A stretch of DNA of 64,000 nt from Thermodesulfobacteriota bacterium (GTDB lineage: Bacteria; Desulfobacterota; Desulfobacteria; Desulfobacterales; SURF-7): assembly GCA_049320885.1 (NCBI GenBank), contig JBMORA010000012.1, positions 88,445 through 152,444 of the forward strand. The letters run 5' to 3'. The notes below the pieces were generated by a model. It was given only the letters and a program-made list of their open reading frames with translations, was not told the DNA's origin and searched no databases. Of this stretch, positions 57,390 through 64,000 are shown piece by piece; the stretch's first letter is position 1; each line of letters begins with the position of its first letter. Position numbers and translations under genes: made by a program.

Positions 57390-59099
57390 TTGAAAAACAA
57401 GAAAAAATTGGGCGAAATGCTCCTGGAAGCAGGCCTGCTGACGGAATCCCAGCTGGCCAGGGCCATGGGCATCCACAAAAAACAGAATGTAAAACTCGGC
57501 CAGGTGCTGGTGCGGGAGGGGATTCTCAGCGGTTCGCAGATTGCCGACACCGTATCCCGACAGCTCAAGATCGAGAAATACAGCCCGGGCACCTATCCCA
57601 TCGATATGAATCTCGCCAAGGTGATCCCGGCGGAAATTGCCCAGAAATATCAGGCGGCTCCTTTGAAAAAGGACCGCTCTCTGCTGAAACTGGCCATGAC
57701 GGACCCCATGGACATCAATGCCATGGATGCCATCGAAGTATACACCAATACCGAAGTGGAAGCTGTGATCTGCACGGACAAGGAATTGAACCACTTGATC
57801 AGCAGTATCTACGGCACCTATTCCGGAATCGGCGGCATTCTGGAGAACATGGAGGAAATGCAGTTCGAGCGATCCGACGAGGCGGAAAAAGAGGCCGCGG
57901 TTGAAGATGTGGAAGTCGGCTCGCTCCATGACATGGCTGAAGAGGCCCCCGTCATCCGGCTGGTGAATTCCATTCTGTCCCAGGCGGTTCGGGAGGGGGC
58001 CAGCGATATTCATATCAGTCCGGAAAAAGATTATGTGCAGGTACGGTTTCGAGTGGACGGCAAACTTCACGAAGTTCCGGCGCCTCCCAAATCCATGTTT
58101 CTCCTGATCATATCCCGGCTGAAAATCCTGGCGAACATGGATATCGCCGTATCCAGGACACCCCAGGACGGCCGTTTCACGGTCAAGATGGACCGCAAGG
58201 AAATCAATATCCGGGTTTCCACCATTCCCACCATCTATGGGGAAAATATGGTCCTCCGCTTGCTGGATACCAGCGGCGGGATTTATTCCCTGGAACATCT
58301 GGGGATCTCCCCGGAGGATTGCCGGAAACTGGAATCCATGATTTTTCAGCCCTACGGCATGATCCTGAGCACCGGGCCCACCGGCAGCGGGAAGAGCACC
58401 TGCCTGTATTCCATCCTGAGACGGATCAACCAGCCGGACATCCACATCATCACCTTGGAGGATCCGGTTGAATATCGGATCGAAAAAATCAGGCAAATCC
58501 AGTTGAACCGAAAAGCCGGGATGACCTTTGCGAGCGGACTTCGTTCGGTGATGCGACAGGACCCGGATGTGATCATGGTGGGCGAGATCCGGGACTCCGA
58601 AACCGCCACCATTGCCGTGCAGGCCGCACTCACGGGACATCGGGTGCTCAGCACGGTGCATACCAACGATGCCGCCGGGGCCATCACCCGGTTTATCGAT
58701 ATGGGCATTGAACCGTTTCTGGTTTCCTCGGTCATGCTGATTTCCATCGCCCAGCGTCTGGTCCGCCGGGTTTGCCCCTATTGCAAAAAGCCCTATCAGC
58801 CGCCCCGGGCGGCCCTTGAATACTGGGGGTTGGATAAAATCGAAGGGGCGGATTTCGTGAAAGGCAGCGGTTGTTTCAATTGCATGGACACCGGCTATAA
58901 AGGCCGAATCGGTATCTATGAGGTGCTGCGGATCGATGAAATGGTTCAGGACATGATTTTAAAGAAATTTTCCGCCCAGGAAATCACCCGGGCCGCCCGC
59001 CAGAACGGCAGCCTCCGGACTCTCAAGGAGGATGCGGCCGCCAAGGTCCTGGAAGGGATCACGACGCTGGAAGAGGCGGCTTCGGCGGTCATGGTGTAG
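57390..59099 (+). CDS. MshE/PilB assembly ATPase with MshEN domain
   Basis: KLGEMLLEAGLLTESQL...KLGQVLVREGIL; GPTGSGKST; TLEDPVEY; RQDPDVIMVGEIRD; TGHRVLSTVHTND; TTG start. Confidence 0.92.
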   Translation: MKNKKKLGEMLLEAGLLTESQLARAMGIHKKQNVKLGQVLVREGILSGSQIADTVSRQLKIEKYSPGTYPIDMNLAKVIPAEIAQKYQAAPLKKDRSLLKLAMTDPMDINAMDAIEVYTNTEVEAVICTDKELNHLISSIYGTYSGIGGILENMEEMQFERSDEAEKEAAVEDVEVGSLHDMAEEAPVIRLVNSILSQAVREGASDIHISPEKDYVQVRFRVDGKLHEVPAPPKSMFLLIISRLKILANMDIAVSRTPQDGRFTVKMDRKEINIRVSTIPTIYGENMVLRLLDTSGGIYSLEHLGISPEDCRKLESMIFQPYGMILSTGPTGSGKSTCLYSILRRINQPDIHIITLEDPVEYRIEKIRQIQLNRKAGMTFASGLRSVMRQDPDVIMVGEIRDSETATIAVQAALTGHRVLSTVHTNDAAGAITRFIDMGIEPFLVSSVMLISIAQRLVRRVCPYCKKPYQPPRAALEYWGLDKIEGADFVKGSGCFNCMDTGYKGRIGIYEVLRIDEMVQDMILKKFSAQEITRAARQNGSLRTLKEDAAAKVLEGITTLEEAASAVMV

Positions 59100-59121
59100 A
59101 ACAAGTACGGAAGGTAACGGC

Positions 59122-60342
59122 ATGCCGAAATACAAATATCTGGCCTTTGATGAATCCGGTGCGGAAAAAAACGGCAGCCTGGACGCCGATTCCCTGGAAA
59201 TGGCCCTCAACCAGCTGAATGCCCGGGGATGGATACCAAGTCGGGTGATGGCTGCCTCGGGGGCGTCCGCCGGCTTCACCATCCAGGCCGTCAACGAATA
59301 CCTGACACCGGTCAACGCGCCTGAATTGATACTTTTTACCAAGCAATTCAGAACGATGTTACGTTCCGGCGTGCCCATGATCAAGCTGCTCCAAATCCTG
59401 GAGACCCAGACGGAAAACATCCGTCTGAAAAGCATCATTCTGGCCATGGCGGAGGACATTCGGGAGGGGGCCAGTCTTCACGACGCTTTCCGTAAGCATC
59501 CCAAGGCGTTTTCGCCATTGTATTGCAGCATGGTCCAGGCCGGTGAGGCCAGTGGCGCGCTGCCGGAGGTGCTCGACCGCCTTTCCTATATTATCGAACA
59601 TGAGCATAAAATCAAATCGGATATCCGGAGCGCCCTGCAGTATCCCCTCATCGTCATCCTGTTTCTGTTCCTCGCCTTTTTTACCTTGCTGACCTTCGTG
59701 CTTCCCAAATTCGTCCGCATCTTTCTGAGCGCCGGGTTGACCCTGCCCTGGCCCACCCGCATTTGTTTATCCCTGTACGAGATCATCAACCGGCATTGGC
59801 CGATACTTCTCCTGGGGGTGGCGGCGGGATTGTTGTTGCTGATCTATTATCTTCGCACGGAACCGGGACGGTATGCCAGGGATACGATTCTGCTGCGAAC
59901 CCCCCTCATCGGTTCCCTCTTCCTGAAGGCGGCGATGTCGAGATTTGCAAGCATATTTGCGATATTACAATCAAGCGGGGTGGAAATAAGGGAATGCATG
60001 AAAATACTGACCGGCACCATGGGAAACAGCGCCATCGCCCGGGAATTTGAGAAAATCACCAGCCGTCTGGAGGAAGGTCGGGGAATTTCAGGCCCGCTGA
60101 AGGAGGCGGCGTATTTCACGCCGATTGTCGTCAACATGATTGGTATCGGTGAAGAGTCCGGGAAACTGGATGAAATGCTGTCGGAAATTTCCGCGCATTA
60201 TGATTTTGAGCTGGAATACGCCATGAAAAAGATGTCGGACGGCATCGGTCCGGTTCTGACCATCGGGCTGGCGGCGGTGGTGGGGTTTTTTGCTCTGGCC
60301 ATATTTTTACCCATGTGGGATATGACCAAGATGGTGCACTAA
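59122..60342 (+). CDS. Type II secretion F family platform protein (PilC/MshG)
   Basis: FTKQFRTMLRSGVP, AGEASGAL, ALQYP, GEESGKLDEML, AIFLPMW. Confidence 0.92.
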   Translation: MPKYKYLAFDESGAEKNGSLDADSLEMALNQLNARGWIPSRVMAASGASAGFTIQAVNEYLTPVNAPELILFTKQFRTMLRSGVPMIKLLQILETQTENIRLKSIILAMAEDIREGASLHDAFRKHPKAFSPLYCSMVQAGEASGALPEVLDRLSYIIEHEHKIKSDIRSALQYPLIVILFLFLAFFTLLTFVLPKFVRIFLSAGLTLPWPTRICLSLYEIINRHWPILLLGVAAGLLLLIYYLRTEPGRYARDTILLRTPLIGSLFLKAAMSRFASIFAILQSSGVEIRECMKILTGTMGNSAIAREFEKITSRLEEGRGISGPLKEAAYFTPIVVNMIGIGEESGKLDEMLSEISAHYDFELEYAMKKMSDGIGPVLTIGLAAVVGFFALAIFLPMWDMTKMVH

Positions 60343-60345
60343 CCC

Positions 60346-61680
60346 ATGAACAGCAGAAACAATCGTTTTTACATCAGCCTGTATATTATTATTCCTATTA
60401 TTATCGGTGGATTGTGCATTATCTCCGCCCTGGTTTCCTATCGTCTGACGGAATATTTCATGAAGCAAGGTCTCGCGGCGGGCAACGCGGTGGCTTTCTG
60501 GATCCTGATCATCAGTCCGGTCGCTTTTTTATGCGGGTTTGTCCTGGTCTGGTTTCTGCTGAGTCCGGCCCAGAACTTCATCGCCCATGCCAACCGGATT
60601 CCGGCAGTTTCCAGCCGCAAACAGGAAATCGAACCGGAAAGAAAACTCAGCGAGCTGGCGCACATGGAACACATCTTTCACACCGTGACGGATGTATTGA
60701 GCAAGGTCGACGCCCGGCAATCGTTTCCCGAAATCGTGGGCGAGAGCCGGGCCGTGCGAGGAGTGCTCAGTCAGATCGTGAAGGTGGCGCCAACGGAATC
60801 CACCGTGCTGATCATGGGGGAAAGCGGCACGGGAAAAGAGCTGGCAGCCGTCAGCATCCACAAGCATGGCAGCAGAAAAGACAAACCGTTCATTACCTTG
60901 AATTGTGCCGCGATTCCCGGTGAACTGCTGGAAAGCGAATTGTTCGGACATGAAAAAGGGGCTTTCACCGGGGCCGCGAGCCGCAGGCCGGGCAAATTCG
61001 AACTGGCCCATACGGGGACCATTTTTCTGGATGAAATCGGCGACATGCCACTGGCGTTGCAGGCCAAGATTCTGCGGGTGTTGCAGGAAAAGGAATTTGA
61101 CCGGGTGGGTGGAAGCCGGCCGGTGAGAGTCGATGTGCGCATCATTGCGGCCACCAATAAAAATTTGTCCAAAATGGTGGCAGAGGGAAGTTTCCGGGAA
61201 GATTTATACTACCGGCTCAATGTGTTCCGCCTGCAACTTCCCCCCTTGCGCGAGCGAAGGGAAGATATTCCACTTTTGGTTCAAATGGTTATACGGGGGA
61301 CGAGCAAGCCGGAGCTGGTGGTGACTCCGGAAGCCATGCGGCGGTTCATGGAATATTCCTGGCCGGGTAACATCCGGGAGCTTCAGAATGTGGTGGAGCG
61401 CGCGGCGGTGCTCTGCGACGATCGGATCGACATTGCGCATCTGACGCCGCCGCTCACCGGTCCGGGGACCGGTACACGGCTCCCGCTGCCGATGGGTACC
61501 GATAGTTCCATAGACGATTATTTGCATGAAATGGAAAAACAGCTCATCGTGGAAGCCCTGAGGCAGGTACGGGGGGTGCAGGTGGAGGCGGCAAAACTGT
61601 TGAAGATCAATCCGCGCAGTCTCTGGCATCGGGTTAAGAAACATCATATCGAGGTAGCCCTGATTAAAAACGACAAATAA
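60346..61680 (+). CDS. Membrane-anchored sigma54-dependent activator (TM-TM-HAMP-like-AAA+-HTH)
   Basis: Two N-terminal hydrophobic helices; GESGTGKE, ESELFGHEKGAFTGA, FLDEIG, WPGNIREL; Fis-type HTH; no receiver domain. Confidence 0.9.
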   Translation: MNSRNNRFYISLYIIIPIIIGGLCIISALVSYRLTEYFMKQGLAAGNAVAFWILIISPVAFLCGFVLVWFLLSPAQNFIAHANRIPAVSSRKQEIEPERKLSELAHMEHIFHTVTDVLSKVDARQSFPEIVGESRAVRGVLSQIVKVAPTESTVLIMGESGTGKELAAVSIHKHGSRKDKPFITLNCAAIPGELLESELFGHEKGAFTGAASRRPGKFELAHTGTIFLDEIGDMPLALQAKILRVLQEKEFDRVGGSRPVRVDVRIIAATNKNLSKMVAEGSFREDLYYRLNVFRLQLPPLRERREDIPLLVQMVIRGTSKPELVVTPEAMRRFMEYSWPGNIRELQNVVERAAVLCDDRIDIAHLTPPLTGPGTGTRLPLPMGTDSSIDDYLHEMEKQLIVEALRQVRGVQVEAAKLLKINPRSLWHRVKKHHIEVALIKNDK

Positions 61681-61706
61681 TGGAGACCAACCTACAAATT
61701 TTGTAG
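61671..61706. promoter_or_regulatory. Tandem candidate upstream activator sites
   Basis: Perfect palindrome CTACAAA-T-TTTGTAG (61692-61706) and 11/15 copy CGACAAATAATGGAG (61671-61685), 21 bp apart. Confidence 0.5.
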
Positions 61707-61822
61707 CAAAGGGCGAACATGGTGATGAAAAAAATGGCTCTCCAGCCGGCATGATCTCGTTTATTTATTGTAAAACCAAATTGATAATAATATATTGGGA
61801 AATGTAGAAAAAATTTAAAAAA

Positions 61823-61840
61823 ATGGTCTGAAATGTGCTA
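61823..61840 (+). promoter_or_regulatory. Sigma54 (-24/-12) promoter candidate for the pilin gene
   Basis: ATGGTCTGAAATGTGCTA: GG(61825-26)-N10-GC(61837-38); AT-rich upstream tract; adjacent sigma54 activator gene. Confidence 0.6.
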
Positions 61841-61934
61841 AAGGAATAATGCGGAGACAGCGGGTTGAACAACGAAACCGGCGGCAACCATCGTGAGGAA
61901 GAAAGACATGCGAGGGGGAAAGGAGATGGAATTC

Positions 61935-62360
61935 ATGAAAAAGGAAGGGGAAGGCGTGGTAAAACAGAAATGGCTTCAAGATGAGGCTGGTTTCACCTTG
62001 GTTGAAATCATTGCTGTTCTGGTGATTTTAGGCATTCTCGCCGCTGTGGCGATTCCGAAATATTTTGATCTTCAAAGTGAAGCCAGGACCAAGGCCTTGT
62101 CCGGCGCCATGGGGGAGGCGGTGGGGCGGCTGAATCAAAAATTCGGTCTGGCGCTTCTTCGGGGCTCCATTGCCAGTGAGATCTCCTATACCACGGCGGA
62201 TCTGGGGGCGGATTTGGGGGATTTCACCCTGGCAAGTTCCGGACCCGGCGTGCCGGCTGGCGGCAGTGGCGATATTTTGCTGACCATCACCGGAAAGGCG
62301 GGGACGCCCCTTGCCAGCCTGGTCATGACGCGCAGGATTCCACGGCCCACCCCGCCGTAA
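61935..62360 (+). CDS. Type IV (MshA-like) pilin
   Basis: Class III signal AG|FTLVEIIAVLVILGILAAVAIPKY; 122-aa mature protein; AGGAG 9 nt before ATG 61935 (other starts possible). Confidence 0.9.
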   Translation: MKKEGEGVVKQKWLQDEAGFTLVEIIAVLVILGILAAVAIPKYFDLQSEARTKALSGAMGEAVGRLNQKFGLALLRGSIASEISYTTADLGADLGDFTLASSGPGVPAGGSGDILLTITGKAGTPLASLVMTRRIPRPTPP

Positions 62361-62407
62361 TGCGGCCGGCAGATAGGCCATCCTGATCTTTATGGTATCA
62401 TTTTATT

Positions 62408-64000
62408 TCAGCTGGGCGCCCTATGGTTCCGGGTCCGGGTGTCGTGGACGGCAGCGCTGATGACCGCGGCATCCGGTTTGTAGGCGGTCAACAGGCCGTT
62501 TCGCTGAAAGGCTTCCAGGCATTGCCGGGGGGCGATGGATTTTTTCCAGCAGGCATGGCGTTCCAGTGTCCCCACCCATTTGTCCTGCGACTGTTCGTCG
62601 GCCAGGCCAACGGACAGCTCGATCAAGGCCAGGACAGCGCCTAGATTATCGGGCTCCAGAACGGCGACCTGTTCCCAGTAGAAAACCGCCAGCTCCGGCT
62701 GGCCTTTTACCCGGAAAATTTCGGCCATGGTTCCAAGGGCTGCAACCGACTGCGGCTCCGTTTCCCTGGCTTTCCGGGCCAAGGTCAGGGCTTTTTCCAG
62801 ATCACCCTCCTGAAAATACACCACGCTTGCCGCCGATAATAATGCGGGCTCTTCCGGCCAATGGCGCAGGGCCTGATCCGCATGGCGCAGAGCCTGTTTG
62901 CGGTTGCCCATCAATGCATTCAACCGAATGATTTCATACCAGATTTCCTGATGCCCGGAATGGGTTTCAAGGGCTTTGACAAATAGACGGAGAGCGGTGC
63001 GATAATCGTTTGCATAATATGCCTGGTACAGGCCGGCATTATAAAATAGCATGCCGGCCTGGTCCCGGTGCATGAAACGGTTCAGTTTTGCCGCAGTCAG
63101 GTACTCATCCATGGCCTTTTGGAAAAATCCCGTGTTCCAATAACATTTCCCCAGATTCAAATGGGAGATGCTCAACCGGGGGGCTTTGCGGACGATGTCC
63201 TGCCAAAAAGCCGTTTCATCCAGGAACAGCCGGTTCCGCATATACACCGTGTGGCCGTTGGAAAACAGCCACATGGCCGGCAGAAGGAAAAACAGATATT
63301 CCAGGGCGGGGCGATGGGCGAGATGACGGCGGACCAGGAAGAAAAGGATCGCCAGGGGAAGAAAAAACAGCATGGATGGCAGGTAATTGCGATGCTCGAA
63401 AATCAATTCGAGCGGAATGATGCTGCCTTCGATGAGGTGGTTTAGCAGGAAAAAGAGGAGGCAATAAGCGATCAGGGGGTGTCTGCGTCGGAGGCAGCCC
63501 GCGGCTGCTCCAAGGCCGATGCAGATCAGAATCGCCGGGAGTGTCGTCCAGGGTTCCAGCGCATTCCGGGATATTTCGATATCGTGAAGCAGCGACAGGC
63601 GCGAACTGGTCGGATACAACAGGAGGCTGATATAAAAGACGAATACCCGCGGTTCGGTCAAGAGACGCTGATGGAGTGTAAAGGGTCTGCCCCGGTAAGC
63701 CTCCATCCACCCGTGCCAATCACCGAAAAGGAAAGCGAGGATGCCGAGAGCCGCCAAAAGGACTAGCAGCAGCGGCTTGCGGAACGAGGCCGCCGCGGTC
63801 GGTGGTTTCTCCGGATTGTGCAGCAGGAGCCATTCGTAAAGGATCAGGCTGACCGGCAGCATGGCGGCGATTTCCTTGGAGCCCAGGGAGAGCAAGCCGC
63901 TGAGGCCGCAGCCGAGGAACCAGAGGGTCTTTCGGAAGGGGAACCGGGTGGAGCGGCCCCGGAGGTAACAATACATGGCCAGGATATAAAAAAGAGCGGC
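62408..64000 (-). CDS. Partial TMTC-like GT-C + TPR membrane protein (5' end outside window)
   Basis: Frame open to the window edge (AALFYILAMYCY...); SKEIAAMLP, FEHRNYLPS, multiple TPRs. Confidence 0.8.
   Translation of the reverse strand, partial: AALFYILAMYCYLRGRSTRFPFRKTLWFLGCGLSGLLSLGSKEIAAMLPVSLILYEWLLLHNPEKPPTAAASFRKPLLLVLLAALGILAFLFGDWHGWMEAYRGRPFTLHQRLLTEPRVFVFYISLLLYPTSSRLSLLHDIEISRNALEPWTTLPAILICIGLGAAAGCLRRRHPLIAYCLLFFLLNHLIEGSIIPLELIFEHRNYLPSMLFFLPLAILFFLVRRHLAHRPALEYLFFLLPAMWLFSNGHTVYMRNRLFLDETAFWQDIVRKAPRLSISHLNLGKCYWNTGFFQKAMDEYLTAAKLNRFMHRDQAGMLFYNAGLYQAYYANDYRTALRLFVKALETHSGHQEIWYEIIRLNALMGNRKQALRHADQALRHWPEEPALLSAASVVYFQEGDLEKALTLARKARETEPQSVAALGTMAEIFRVKGQPELAVFYWEQVAVLEPDNLGAVLALIELSVGLADEQSQDKWVGTLERHACWKKSIAPRQCLEAFQRNGLLTAYKPDAAVISAAVHDTRTRNHRAPS

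Noticed and set aside
55956..58661. Long minus-strand ORFs (399 aa, 429 aa)
   Set aside because: Shadows of the ExeA-like and MshE-like genes
61935..62360. Electrically conductive (e-pilin) interpretation
   Set aside because: Only 6 aromatic residues in 122 mature aa (about 5%), with long aromatic-free gaps
1..64000. CRISPR array, tRNA/rRNA, IS/integrase, prophage or defence genes
   Set aside because: No regularly spaced repeats, RNA gene signatures or matching protein motifs recognised

Overview
Bacterial chromosomal segment whose gene content suggests a Desulfobacterota (deltaproteobacterial) organism (inference). It has four blocks. (1) 1-9.1 kb: a Cu/Ag-type RND efflux operon (two tandem TolC/CusC-like proteins, CusB, CusA, His/Met-rich periplasmic protein) behind a sigma54-type promoter, divergent from a partial membrane sensor gene that the ORF track missed. 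(2) 9.2-38.4 kb: an AT-richer, mixed-orientation cell-surface modification region. It holds three GT2 polyprenyl-phosphate-sugar-synthase-like enzymes, six GT-C-like polytopic proteins (three close paralogs, a GT87-like, a TMTC-like TPR protein and one other), four SAM methyltransferase domains, two MBOAT+SGNH-like pairs, two acyltransferase-3 proteins and a GNAT-hotdog fusion. It also holds a beta-propeller, a small secreted protein and a DUF1566 lipoprotein; the last two share a promoter/operator design. (3) 38.6-48.1 kb: a MoxR/DUF58/BatA-E operon with an inserted beta-propeller gene. (4) 48.3-64 kb: an MSHA-like type IV pilus locus with two MshEN-bearing ATPases, a PilM-PilN fusion, and a secretin and ExeA/MshM ATPase sharing a duplicated C-terminal LysM-like module. 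It ends with a membrane-anchored TM-TM-HAMP sigma54 activator directly upstream of a pilin that has a sigma54 promoter and tandem activator-like sites, followed by a second TMTC-like gene. Best candidates for an undescribed system: one-component intramembrane control of pilin expression, and a lipid-linked periplasmic glycosylation/acylation toolkit possibly acting on the pilus or surface proteins. No rRNA, tRNA, CRISPR array, transposase, integrase or reverse transcriptase was recognised.
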